This document shows, one piece after another, positions 30,514 through 40,629 of a stretch of DNA of 64,000 nt (position 1 is its first letter; each line of letters starts with the position of its first letter). This DNA is from Nanobdellota archaeon (GTDB taxonomy: Archaea; Nanobdellota; Nanobdellia; Pacearchaeales; GW2011-AR1). The position numbers and the translations under genes were made by a program. Under the pieces are notes generated by a model. That model saw only the letters and a program-made list of their open reading frames with translations, did not search any database and was not told the origin of the DNA. The stretch is from the NCBI GenBank assembly GCA_038045705.1, contig JBBSXO010000003.1:1-64000 (forward strand). The letters run 5' to 3'.

Positions 30514-31625
30514 CTTCTCTTATTCCTGAAAAAGAGTCTTTTTAAAATGAAGTATAGAACAATAAAGAAGATAATAGCAACAATTGCAGAAACAGAGTAA
30601 ATAATTAGACTATAATCCTTACCTACAAAAAGACTTCCATAAATGAAAGTAGATTGACCATGATAGCTTGCATTAAGAAATAAATTATATTTTCCTTCTA
30701 AATTATCAGTATCAAGATAACTTTCAATCACTTTCTCTTCCCAAGGTTCCAAATCTATAGAAGGAGTTCTAAAAACCATACTATAAATATCATTTGTTAA
30801 ATTAACATCCACATAAGCTCCTAAGACTTTAGAGTTCCACTTATTTTCCAATGTAACATAAAATTTCTGTATTCCACCTCCAAGAACATAGTTTGTAAAA
30901 TTAGTTATATTTACAAATAAGGAACCAACTCTAAAAGATTTGTTAACCTCTCGAGTAATACCTTCATAAGAAACTCTAGCACGACCTATATAATTTCCAG
31001 GAACAATACCAGTAGTATCTAAATATTTTCTAAAGTATCTCTCGCCAAAGATAGGAATATTTACTGGAGTAAACTCAATCTTTTTTACAGCATTTCCATC
31101 ACCAGATACAAAATCAACAAAAACACTTTCTATATTAAGAGGATTATCCCCTCTATTAATAACATGAAGCTCAACAGGTATATTTTCATCTACATTTCCA
31201 TCTGGAATACTTAAAGATAAATCTCCATAATATCCAGGATAAGGCACAAAAGTCTTTACAGTAGAACCAACCTCAACAACTGTATTAATAAATGAACTTT
31301 CAGAAGGTCTCTCTTTAACACTCACGCTAATTGTGCTAGTACCAGGTTTATCAAAATCTGTAGGAAATTTTATAGTTAAAATAAAAACTCCATTACCCTT
31401 AACAGAATCAACATTAAGAGAAGAATAATCTGCTAGGTCCCCACCTCTAATACCAACATCATATGTTGAGTATTCCACAGCATCTAAAACATAAAATGTA
31501 ATATTGACTTCTTGTCCTGGAACAAAGTCTATATTTTTTATTGCAGGAGATATCCCTAATGCAGAAACATAAGAAATTGAGAAAATAAACAATAAAACTA
31601 AAGCAGATTTTCCAACCATCATCAT
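30510..31625 (-). CDS. Secreted multi-Ig protein with C-terminal TM (DUF916/DUF3324-like architecture), paralog 1
   Basis: SA-LGISPA..DFVPG, VPYPGYY, PGNY.GRA, C-terminal TM + KRR. Confidence 0.75.
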   Translation of the reverse strand: MMMVGKSALVLLFIFSISYVSALGISPAIKNIDFVPGQEVNITFYVLDAVEYSTYDVGIRGGDLADYSSLNVDSVKGNGVFILTIKFPTDFDKPGTSTISVSVKERPSESSFINTVVEVGSTVKTFVPYPGYYGDLSLSIPDGNVDENIPVELHVINRGDNPLNIESVFVDFVSGDGNAVKKIEFTPVNIPIFGERYFRKYLDTTGIVPGNYIGRARVSYEGITREVNKSFRVGSLFVNITNFTNYVLGGGIQKFYVTLENKWNSKVLGAYVDVNLTNDIYSMVFRTPSIDLEPWEEKVIESYLDTDNLEGKYNLFLNASYHGQSTFIYGSLFVGKDYSLIIYSVSAIVAIIFFIVLYFILKRLFFRNKRR

Positions 31626-31662
31626 TAAAAAACAAACTCTATTTTAAATACTTTTTCAGAAT

Positions 31663-32337
31663 TTAAGCTGCAAAGGCAGTCGCGGTAATAGTATCCCCAA
31701 GAGCTCCAGTCAAAGAGTCTGAAGGAATCGTCAAATTAAAGTCTATACGAACAACATCCCTATCATCGAGAAACTGAAAGTAATTGCAGAATAATGCAGT
31801 ACTAGTATTAACAATATAGAAGAAATCAGTCTGTAAAGCGCCAGTACCCCCACTCGCATTTCTACAACTTCCAGATTCAAAACTAGTCACATTCCATCTA
31901 TACCCTGGACCAGTACCTCCAATCATCTGTGCAGCCGTCTTTGTACCACTCAAATTAAGCGTAACATTTACATTACCTAAATTTTCAATCCTTAAACCAC
32001 CAGCGTTCTGTAAAGTCCAATTACCATTAGTCACATTACTTGTAGCAAATGTATTTAGACCAGCAGAACTTTGACCAGCATTAACTCTTCCACTTCCCCA
32101 GTTAATTTGAGAAGTTGTAAAGTTAATTGTAACAGTAGATTCAACAGTCAAATTAGCTTCTCCAATACTTGTAGCATGTCCTGATATTGTGCTAAACAAT
32201 GTTCTAGCAGAAAGGTAAAATACAGCAACAGAGAACAATGAAATCACAAAAACAAAAACAGCAAAGATAACAATTATCTTAGAGTTTCCTTCAACCACCA
32301 TAATCCGCTCCATTTTCAAAACCATTCCCTTCAACAA
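31663..32337 (-). CDS. Putative major fibre/pilin subunit
   Basis: TM, ISGHAT, GEANLTVES, INWGSG, IENLGNVNV, LTIPSD..G....TITATA. Confidence 0.65.
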   Translation of the reverse strand: MLKGMVLKMERIMVVEGNSKIIVIFAVFVFVISLFSVAVFYLSARTLFSTISGHATSIGEANLTVESTVTINFTTSQINWGSGRVNAGQSSAGLNTFATSNVTNGNWTLQNAGGLRIENLGNVNVTLNLSGTKTAAQMIGGTGPGYRWNVTSFESGSCRNASGGTGALQTDFFYIVNTSTALFCNYFQFLDDRDVVRIDFNLTIPSDSLTGALGDTITATAFAA

Positions 32338-32503
32338 CTAGACCAACATTTCCAGCATTTGAGGAATAAGAAATTTTATTAAGATAATTATCTGAATTTA
32401 TATTATAAATCATCAAATTAAAAACAACTGAAGTAACAGACAAAACTAAAGTAATCATAAGAAGAACAACCACCACTCTTTTCAAACTAGCCATAGCTAA
32501 CAA
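32291..32503 (-). CDS. Small membrane protein (TM + short beta-strand)
   Basis: TM then NAGNVGLVVEG. Confidence 0.65.
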   Translation of the reverse strand: MLAMASLKRVVVVLLMITLVLSVTSVVFNLMIYNINSDNYLNKISYSSNAGNVGLVVEGNGFENGADYGG

Positions 32504-32529
32504 AATAAGCCATTATATTTAAACGTTTC

Positions 32530-33726
32530 TTATTTTTTCTTAATTTTTCTCCTTAAGAACAGAAACCACGTCAAATTGAGCAAAACAAGAACCGCAACTG
32601 CTATAATCAGTACTGTTACAAGAGAATCACTTTGCTTCGTATTCGCAGATTTTATAACATAACCTACCCCTATTACTGAAATATCATTTTCAGAAACATC
32701 TAAAGTAAGATCCTTTTGAATAGAACTTTGTCCAAAATTAATAAATGCTTTTGCATCATAATTACCAACACGAACACCTTCAGTATCCCAGAAAGAAACA
32801 AGTAACTTACTCGAAAATGAATCTATTTTATAGGTTGCAGATTTAAAATCAGCCATTATTTCTCCATCTTGATTAAACACTTGCATAGATATATAAGCAT
32901 CTTCGATAGGAGAGTTAAGACTATTCTCAACTAAGAATTCAAATTTAGCTATTTCCCCAAGGCTAAAATCATTTACTTCAACACTTTTAAGTTCTAAACT
33001 ATCTTTGCCAACAGAAAATTCCTTCTCTAAAGTCAGAGTAGATTCATCATACAAAACAGTAGCAAATGCCCTATATCTTCCAAAGGGTATCGATGTAGTA
33101 TCCCATTCAACAGCAAGTTCTTTTCTCTCACCACTTAAAACTTCAATTTCCTGCGTCGAAAGAGAGATAACTTTTTCATTTAAAGGCGTATAAATATCTA
33201 TCACTGCTCTTGCTCTGACAATATCAAGTTTACCTTTACTAACTAAGGGCATAACAAATGCTATCTTACCACTATTAGTTGTGCTTACACTCAAAGCAGA
33301 TTCAGCATATTTACCTGGATAAGGCACGTCAACTAATATCTTAGTCGCGATTCCAACAATAGAACCAATATAGGTTGGAGAAGATGAAGAAGATGTATCC
33401 GGAACTTCAGTTACAACAATATCAGCATAATGAGCCCCAGGAGAAAGTCCAGAGGGAATTTTTACAGAATATTTTATAGTTACACTAGGAGTTTCAGGAG
33501 TAAGAGTAACATAATACTGCGAAAGAGCAACACTTTGGCTCAATTCTCCCTCTGGAAGTATAACTAAATTAACCCTTTTATTTTCAGAATTAATTATATC
33601 AAACGAAAAAGTTTGTTCAGTTCCAGGTTCGTAACCAAGAATCTTCTGAGCAGGAGTTATTCCAAAAGCAGAAGAAATAGGAAAGACAATAAAAAATAAA
33701 ATAAAAAATAAAATAAATTTATTCAT
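32530..33726 (-). CDS. Secreted multi-Ig protein with C-terminal TM (DUF916/DUF3324-like architecture), paralog 2
   Basis: SA-FGITPA..YEPG, VPYPGKY, GRYRAFATV; clearly paralogous to 30510-31625. Confidence 0.75.
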   Translation of the reverse strand: MNKFILFFILFFIVFPISSAFGITPAQKILGYEPGTEQTFSFDIINSENKRVNLVILPEGELSQSVALSQYYVTLTPETPSVTIKYSVKIPSGLSPGAHYADIVVTEVPDTSSSSSPTYIGSIVGIATKILVDVPYPGKYAESALSVSTTNSGKIAFVMPLVSKGKLDIVRARAVIDIYTPLNEKVISLSTQEIEVLSGERKELAVEWDTTSIPFGRYRAFATVLYDESTLTLEKEFSVGKDSLELKSVEVNDFSLGEIAKFEFLVENSLNSPIEDAYISMQVFNQDGEIMADFKSATYKIDSFSSKLLVSFWDTEGVRVGNYDAKAFINFGQSSIQKDLTLDVSENDISVIGVGYVIKSANTKQSDSLVTVLIIAVAVLVLLNLTWFLFLRRKIKKK

Positions 33727-34159
33727 TTTCTACCCCCGTATAAGCAATTGAAGAATTGATAAGTGAACCAGTTTCATAAACATCAACTTGTAATGTTGAG
33801 TCACCTAAATTAAAAACACCAATTGTTCCATCTTCAAGCGCCCTAAATTGCAAAACAACTGTTAATTCTAAATTAATCTCACGAATCTCACCTTTCAATC
33901 CATCAAAAAATTTTATAAAATATTTGCCTTCTTTCAGACTAATAGTTTCATTAATAAATATAGTTTCAGGGGAATTAAATCTGGAATTATCATCTATAAG
34001 AATATAATCTACAGAAGGTAAAACAAAAAGAAGTGTTTCATATTCCGAAGTCAAAGGAGAAATTACCAAAGGAGGAGTATATCCAACAAGAAAAAATATT
34101 GCAGATAAAAATCCAAATAAAAGTATAGCATCAACAATTAACAGTTTTTTATAGTCCAT
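33719..34159 (-). CDS. Membrane-anchored hypothetical protein
   Basis: N-terminal TM, PLVISP, IDDNSRFNSP. Confidence 0.7.
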   Translation of the reverse strand: MDYKKLLIVDAILLFGFLSAIFFLVGYTPPLVISPLTSEYETLLFVLPSVDYILIDDNSRFNSPETIFINETISLKEGKYFIKFFDGLKGEIREINLELTVVLQFRALEDGTIGVFNLGDSTLQVDVYETGSLINSSIAYTGVENE

Positions 34160-34160
34160 T

Positions 34161-37100
34161 TTAATAAGTATCTCCGCTACCTAATTCTATTGTAAAAGTT
34201 ATAGTTGAGGATTTAACGCCGGGACCATCAGACGAAGGAACAGTTACATTAATATCAACTTCAACACTATCCGTTGTATCAGCATACTTCAAGTCTACAA
34301 GATCTGAAATGTCATCAGCAACTAACGGAATATTGCTATATCCTATAATTGTTTCAGTCCAATTAAATGATCCATTTTCAGAAATTCCATTAGTAGTAAC
34401 ATTATCAAATTTAAATTTATAATTATCTGTAGGATTAGTTACACTTTGCCAAAGACTAGTTCCTTCAACATCAATATCATTTAAAACATTACCTTCATTT
34501 ATTAAAATAAATGGTTTAGGAAAATTATCCGAAGTATCATTATTCTTCAAATATCCCAAATTTCCAAATTCTATCAAACTTATATTCATAACTATGTTAA
34601 TATACGCCTGTACTTTCAAATTAAATGGATCAGAATATGAACCAAAAGAACCATCTGAAGCAGAAACACTCCATCTGTAAGAGTCTAAATTATCAAAAAG
34701 GCAATTAAGTGGATTTCCTAAATCTAAAAGAGTAAAGGATAAGGAATTTCCAAACTCATAACCAGTACCACCATTATAATTAGAGTCAACGCAAGTAGAC
34801 TGCGCAATTAATGAGATATTAACTGTATAATTCTTAATAGCATCTCCATCATCATCGCTAGCAACCCATGTAAAGTTTTGATTTGTACGATTAATTGTTG
34901 AAGACCCATTAGCTGGCGCAATTAAACTAACATTAGGTAAAGAATTCAAAATAGTTAAATTACTAGAATTTACATTAAAATTGTTAAGAGGATCATATAT
35001 TGTCAACCCAACAGACCAATTATGTCCTTTAGTTGTATTTCCATCATCAAGAGTGGCAATAAATGTAGTCCCATTAGAATAACTTAAATTATAAGCTTGA
35101 GTAAGATGAAGAATACTATTATTATACCATCTTACTGTAACATTCATAGTATCGTTATTTAAGTCGAGTAATGTTGTTCGGACATTCAAATCTTCCAAAG
35201 TTCTATTCAGTCCAAGAGTAGAATTCAGAATTAGAGCAGTTCCATTGTAAGGAATGTTATTAATTCTAAACGTTCTTGTCTGACTTGTTGCAATATTTTG
35301 AGTAGTATCGGCACAAGTTACATTCCATCCATGAGTCCCACTAGAAAAACCAACAACACTAAGATTAACCATACTACCAGAAGGAGAATTAATGTTTGAT
35401 GAATTTACTAAATTATCTATTGTCAAATTACAAGACATTGTAGAAGAATGATCATCTGTAGCCGTCCAATTAAATGATAAGCTACTCCCAAAACTAAAAT
35501 TGGAATCGTTCAAAGGTTGATTTAAAGCAATTGATGGTGGGCTATCTTGTTCAAAAGTTATTGTATAATAAGGTGCATATGTACCATTAGCACCACTGCC
35601 TAAAGCCCTAAGACTCCATAAATAGGATTCACTAAAACATGAAACTGAAACAGATATTGAATGCTGGCTAACTGCACCTAAAGATTCTATGTTTTGTCCA
35701 TTATATTGAGAATCTTCACAAAGACTGTTTATGGAAAGATTAAACTGCAAACCAGTAATTTCATCAAGATCATCGTCACTATGAGCAAAATAAAATGTCT
35801 GGTCACTTGTATTATAACTTAAAGAGTCATTAGCTGGAGATATTAAAGTAACATTAGGTAAAGAATTCAAGATAGTTAAATTACTAGAATTTACATTAAA
35901 ATTATTAAGAGAGTCATATATTGTCAACCCAACAGACCAATTATGTCCTTTAGTTGTATTTCCATCATCAAGAGTGGCAATAAATGTAGTCCCATTAGAA
36001 TAACTTAAATTATAAGCTTGAGTAAGATGAAGAATACTATTATTATACCATCTTACTGTAACATTCATTGTATTGTTGTCTAAATCAAGTAATGTTGTTC
36101 GAACATTCAAATCTTCCAAAGTTCTATTTAATCCAAGGGTAGAATTCAGAATTAAAGCAGTCCCATTATAAGGGGCAGAGTCTCCACTAATAACTGTAAC
36201 ATTATAATTTATCAAACTTTGTGAATAGTTTTGAGTCTGAGCGTAAGAAACAGTGATATTGTAAATTCCAATTCCACTAAATGAAGTTAAATTGCTTACT
36301 TCAGTAGGTCGTTGATTAATGAGTGTCCCATTGTTATATAATTGAAGATTTCCTCCAGGATCTCCCAAAATTAAAGTTCCATTCAATAAAATACTCCCTC
36401 CACTAGAAATCGTAATATTTGATTGGGTTCCATTCAAAGTTAAATTTAATTGACTAGTATTTCTAGCAATAACATAATTTCTAGTTCCAGAAATATTATA
36501 TGTAGAACCAGGTCCATAAGACCACCAGTAATAAGAGTATGTTCCTGCAGCAATATTAGCAATCGTAGAGTTAAACATGGTTGCAGATAAATTTGAGACA
36601 CTCCTATTAGTTCCATTAAATTCAAAACCAGCGGTACCATTTGAGTCAGTTATAGTTATATTAAAAGCATAAACCGCATTATTGACATAAGCAGAATTAT
36701 TTAGAATGGTTTCATTAAATAAACCAAACACAGGTGTGAATGGACAATTACCATCCCATAAAGTACCGTTAAGCCAATAAGTCTTTGTTATAGACTTATC
36801 TGAAGAATTTGTATATGTTATTACCCATGTTTCATTACATAAAGACATCCCAGTAGCAGGATTCTTACCAACAGCATAATATAAAGCAGGAGCAGTATTA
36901 GCAAAAGATTCAACAATAAAGTTTTGAGTTACCATAGTTCCAGAACCATTGTAAGCAACAGCAACAATATCTCCAGCAGACTGATTAAAATAAGCAACTA
37001 CAAAATTATCTGAATTTGTGCTTTTATTAAACACTGTTGCAATAGACAGCCTAGAAGAAGATCCTACTGCAGTATCTACATCAGTAGCAGATAGAATAGA

Positions 37101-40100
37101 ATTTCCTGCGAGATCATTTATCGCAATAGTAATATCCTGTTCACCCTGATCATACCAAGCTAACACATATTTATCATTATCAATTGTAGCACTAGCAACC
37201 TGCGCAGCAGTTCCAACAGCACTATCTATAGCAGTATCAGTAACAACTTCCGTTCCTGCATGATCAACTAAGTGATATATCGCATCATCATCACCTCCAG
37301 CATCATAATCTACAGCAACAAGGCTAGTAGCATTTACAACATCACAATCAGCTCTATCTTGTAATCCACCTTCTGGAACTACTGCAGCATTGACATCTGT
37401 TTCAGTTCCAATAAGAGTACCAGTTTGTGCATCAAATCTTATCATATCTAAGTCTCCTTCAGTTGAGTCTACATAACAATAAGCAATTAAAGTTGTATTA
37501 AATGCAGTCAAAGCAATCTCATGTAATGCAGTACCTATAGAACCATCGGTAGTTACAGGACTGAAATAATAAGTTCCATCAGTTTTAAAACCAGCTCTCC
37601 ACTCAGCAGAAGTATTTGTCCAGCCAATTACAAAAAAAGTAGAGTTGATGCTAGCTACAGCAACTCTTGTTACGTTATTAGTCCTGTTATAACCATCACC
37701 ACTTCCAGTAGCAATAGTTACTGGTTGTAAGATAGTTGTACCATCAGTATTCATTATTTGAAACTGAACAGTATTACCAGTTCTATTTAGATAAGTCATT
37801 ACGTAACTTTCAGAAGTTAATGGAGCTAAACCAACATCTCCAAGAAAACCATTCAATGCAGTAGACGGATCTATAATATGATCAAATTCAACCTCCCCGC
37901 CTGTAACAAGCAAATCAAAAGTATCTTGATTTCTATCTCCAAGATTGTTCAAATATATTTTATTATATTCATTTTCAGTTAAATTATAAAATCGCGCAAG
38001 AGATTCATTTGAGTCTTTCTCAAAAACATTTATAATAATATCAGATATATTTGTACCATTAGTTGCACGAGAATAAATAGTAATATCATTGATAGATGTT
38101 AAATTGGTTTCAAAAGTCACCCTTACATAATGTCCATCAGGAATAGATTCACTCCAAATGTTATCTAATTCTCTGGTTTCATTATAAATATTTGAAATAA
38201 AACCATAAGTTTCATTAAGGTGTTGAGCATCAATTATAACAATTATATTAAAAGTTTGATTACTTAAATGAGGAGCAATCCATTGAATATAATCATAATT
38301 TCCATCATTATTAGAGTCATTTATAGAAAAGACTTCCAAGATAGAATTATTTTCTACCCATTCTATGACAATGGAAGAAGAATCTTTTAATTCAAGATTA
38401 TCAGAAAGATTTGTAAAAACAAGAACATTTTCATAATGCACATCAGCAGGACTTGAAACATGTAATGTTTTTTGAGTAAAATCTAATATGTTTTCTTTAA
38501 CAGCAGGAGCATCAGTATAATATTCCACTTCAACCCCCAAATCAGATTGTTGAAGCTCAATAGAAATTTCTTGAACATCAACTCCTAATTCTTCAACAAC
38601 ATTCCCCGTAATACTGAAAAATTTAAGTATTTTAGAGAAGAAAGAATCAAGATTTGCATCTTTCTCCGCGCTAATATCAGCAGTAACTTCCCCATTTATT
38701 CCAACAAATAAGTTTGAGATAGAAGTTTCAGCAATGCCAGAGATTTCATGAGACTCATTTAAATCAGAAGTTATTTTATTAATTGTGATATTCTCTGCAC
38801 TAGCTGGTACCTCAATAGTCAAATTTAAACTATCGTTTAATTCCAAAGAAACTGTCTTAGTCCATCTAACTGGTTGTCCAATAACTGCTGTAAATTGTTT
38901 TGTTTTAACATCAACTGAAGTTTCATTAAAAAATGTTTTATTTATCTCAGTCATATTTTCAATAATTGTCTCATTTGTCAAAGTTTGATTAATAATAGAT
39001 TCATTTAATATTGCGATATCCAAATCAGACTCGATAACTTCAGCTTCAAATAATTCTTCATTTAAAATAGTTATATCTTCAGAAGCTTCGACAATGACAT
39101 TTCCTTGATAAATCAAGGAGATAGTTAATTTATCTTCTTTATCCGCAATCAATTCAAGAGCACCCATATCAATAATTATTTCTTCACTTTCATCAGAAAT
39201 ATAATCTTCTCCAAATCCTTCTCTCTCTATATAATAATCAGTAGATACAATTAATTCATCATTCTTTATTTTAAATTCAACATCCTCGTCATTTAAAGAG
39301 TTCCCATCATAAGAAACACTTCCTTCAATAAGAGAAGCAGTTTCGCTATCAGACAGAACATAAGAAAATGCATTTTCTTTAGAAGTCTGACCATTTATAA
39401 TTTTCAGATCTGAAATAGCATCTCCAGTTATAATTGAATCAGAAGATTCTAAAGAGCTTTCTTCGGTAGACTCAGTACTTTCAGCCTCAGTCTCAGGTTC
39501 TTCAGGACTACTTTCACTAGTTGATCCATCACCAGTTTGTTGAATTTCCTCATTTGTTTGTTCTTCAGGAATAATCTCAGACTCGTCAGAATTAAATGAT
39601 TCAGAGCCTACATTCTCTTCAATCTTAATTATAGAAAAATCAAAATCAACAAACGGATATTCAATTACCTTTCCTGGGACTCCATAACCTTCACCACTTC
39701 CAGATAAAGAAACACCTTCTGCATAGAATTCTCCGTAAACAAGTTCATCAGAAACTAATTCAGATAAATTAAATATTTTCGAAGTATTTCCGTAAGCAAC
39801 TAAAACTAAAGAGTTAGATGGAATAAGTTCTCCATGAAATAAATCAAATCTAAGCACACCATTAATTGACTCACCAAAATTATAATTCTTATCTATATCC
39901 AGAGATACATTCCCAGTAAAACTAAATGAAAAAAAGTAAAATGCCAAAAAAATAATTGCAAATATCAAAAAGCCTTTTAGTAAAATTTTATCATTATTTC
40001 TCAAACCAGAACCTAAATAAGTAGTTACAACTTTGCCATTAATACGTCTAGTCTCATAATAATAAGGACCAAACCTCTTACCATTTTTATAAGTATATTT

Positions 40101-40112
40101 TTTGTGTACCAC
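34161..40112 (-). CDS. Giant (1983-aa) surface glycoprotein/adhesin
   Basis: Basic N-terminal domain, TM, many N-x-S/T sequons, propeller-like and Ig-like repeats, C-terminal pilin-like domain. Confidence 0.88.
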   Translation of the reverse strand: MVHKKYTYKNGKRFGPYYYETRRINGKVVTTYLGSGLRNNDKILLKGFLIFAIIFLAFYFFSFSFTGNVSLDIDKNYNFGESINGVLRFDLFHGELIPSNSLVLVAYGNTSKIFNLSELVSDELVYGEFYAEGVSLSGSGEGYGVPGKVIEYPFVDFDFSIIKIEENVGSESFNSDESEIIPEEQTNEEIQQTGDGSTSESSPEEPETEAESTESTEESSLESSDSIITGDAISDLKIINGQTSKENAFSYVLSDSETASLIEGSVSYDGNSLNDEDVEFKIKNDELIVSTDYYIEREGFGEDYISDESEEIIIDMGALELIADKEDKLTISLIYQGNVIVEASEDITILNEELFEAEVIESDLDIAILNESIINQTLTNETIIENMTEINKTFFNETSVDVKTKQFTAVIGQPVRWTKTVSLELNDSLNLTIEVPASAENITINKITSDLNESHEISGIAETSISNLFVGINGEVTADISAEKDANLDSFFSKILKFFSITGNVVEELGVDVQEISIELQQSDLGVEVEYYTDAPAVKENILDFTQKTLHVSSPADVHYENVLVFTNLSDNLELKDSSSIVIEWVENNSILEVFSINDSNNDGNYDYIQWIAPHLSNQTFNIIVIIDAQHLNETYGFISNIYNETRELDNIWSESIPDGHYVRVTFETNLTSINDITIYSRATNGTNISDIIINVFEKDSNESLARFYNLTENEYNKIYLNNLGDRNQDTFDLLVTGGEVEFDHIIDPSTALNGFLGDVGLAPLTSESYVMTYLNRTGNTVQFQIMNTDGTTILQPVTIATGSGDGYNRTNNVTRVAVASINSTFFVIGWTNTSAEWRAGFKTDGTYYFSPVTTDGSIGTALHEIALTAFNTTLIAYCYVDSTEGDLDMIRFDAQTGTLIGTETDVNAAVVPEGGLQDRADCDVVNATSLVAVDYDAGGDDDAIYHLVDHAGTEVVTDTAIDSAVGTAAQVASATIDNDKYVLAWYDQGEQDITIAINDLAGNSILSATDVDTAVGSSSRLSIATVFNKSTNSDNFVVAYFNQSAGDIVAVAYNGSGTMVTQNFIVESFANTAPALYYAVGKNPATGMSLCNETWVITYTNSSDKSITKTYWLNGTLWDGNCPFTPVFGLFNETILNNSAYVNNAVYAFNITITDSNGTAGFEFNGTNRSVSNLSATMFNSTIANIAAGTYSYYWWSYGPGSTYNISGTRNYVIARNTSQLNLTLNGTQSNITISSGGSILLNGTLILGDPGGNLQLYNNGTLINQRPTEVSNLTSFSGIGIYNITVSYAQTQNYSQSLINYNVTVISGDSAPYNGTALILNSTLGLNRTLEDLNVRTTLLDLDNNTMNVTVRWYNNSILHLTQAYNLSYSNGTTFIATLDDGNTTKGHNWSVGLTIYDSLNNFNVNSSNLTILNSLPNVTLISPANDSLSYNTSDQTFYFAHSDDDLDEITGLQFNLSINSLCEDSQYNGQNIESLGAVSQHSISVSVSCFSESYLWSLRALGSGANGTYAPYYTITFEQDSPPSIALNQPLNDSNFSFGSSLSFNWTATDDHSSTMSCNLTIDNLVNSSNINSPSGSMVNLSVVGFSSGTHGWNVTCADTTQNIATSQTRTFRINNIPYNGTALILNSTLGLNRTLEDLNVRTTLLDLNNDTMNVTVRWYNNSILHLTQAYNLSYSNGTTFIATLDDGNTTKGHNWSVGLTIYDPLNNFNVNSSNLTILNSLPNVSLIAPANGSSTINRTNQNFTWVASDDDGDAIKNYTVNISLIAQSTCVDSNYNGGTGYEFGNSLSFTLLDLGNPLNCLFDNLDSYRWSVSASDGSFGSYSDPFNLKVQAYINIVMNISLIEFGNLGYLKNNDTSDNFPKPFILINEGNVLNDIDVEGTSLWQSVTNPTDNYKFKFDNVTTNGISENGSFNWTETIIGYSNIPLVADDISDLVDLKYADTTDSVEVDINVTVPSSDGPGVKSSTITFTIELGSGDTY
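34907..35252. repeat. 346-bp intragenic direct repeat, copy A
   Basis: Aligns without gaps to 35828-36173 (offset 921); central ~150 bp identical. Confidence 0.92.
35828..36173. repeat. 346-bp intragenic direct repeat, copy B
   Basis: Encodes the PYNGTALILNSTLGLNRT...LPNV domain, duplicated in the protein. Confidence 0.92.
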
Positions 40113-40205
40113 TTTTTATAAAAAAGAGTTCTCTTACACCTCTTTTTATATAATGATTTAGAAAATAATCTTTATAAGCATTTCCAAGTAAGAATAAAGG
40201 TTCTC

Positions 40206-40595
40206 TTACAAGATTTTTTGCTTAAATTCAAGATTCCTATGCAATTTATCTATATTTTCTTCACAAACAAAATCATGTTGCCTAAATCCACCACCAAAGG
40301 TTTTAGGAATATGGAGGAGTTCATGTATTATTACCTTATCCTGATTAATCTTATTCAATTTATCAAACTTTTCAAGAAACTCTATTGTATAAAAAGCATT
40401 AGTTTTCATCCCTTTCTGCATAACTTTACCTATAGTGTGGCAACGAGCAATAGTTCTTTTAGTACTACTTCCAAAACTTCTTAAACATTCAACTCTCTCA
40501 AGATTAATATGATCCATCTTAAGAGCGTTAACTATCTCAACAAGCCTCTCTTTCAAATCAGGAGCATAATCATATTTCATATCATCACTAACCAA
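40206..40595 (-). CDS. Putative zinc metallopeptidase
   Basis: RSFGS..RTIARC, IHELLHIPKTFGGGFRQH. Confidence 0.8.
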   Translation of the reverse strand: MVSDDMKYDYAPDLKERLVEIVNALKMDHINLERVECLRSFGSSTKRTIARCHTIGKVMQKGMKTNAFYTIEFLEKFDKLNKINQDKVIIHELLHIPKTFGGGFRQHDFVCEENIDKLHRNLEFKQKIL

Positions 40596-40629
40596 GAAAG
40601 AGAATATGTCATTTTTAAAAGCTATTATC

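Noticed and set aside
34907-36173. Repeat pair as a DGR template/variable region
   Set aside because: Both copies are in frame in one ORF, mismatches are mostly synonymous and not adenine-specific, and there is no reverse transcriptase in the window
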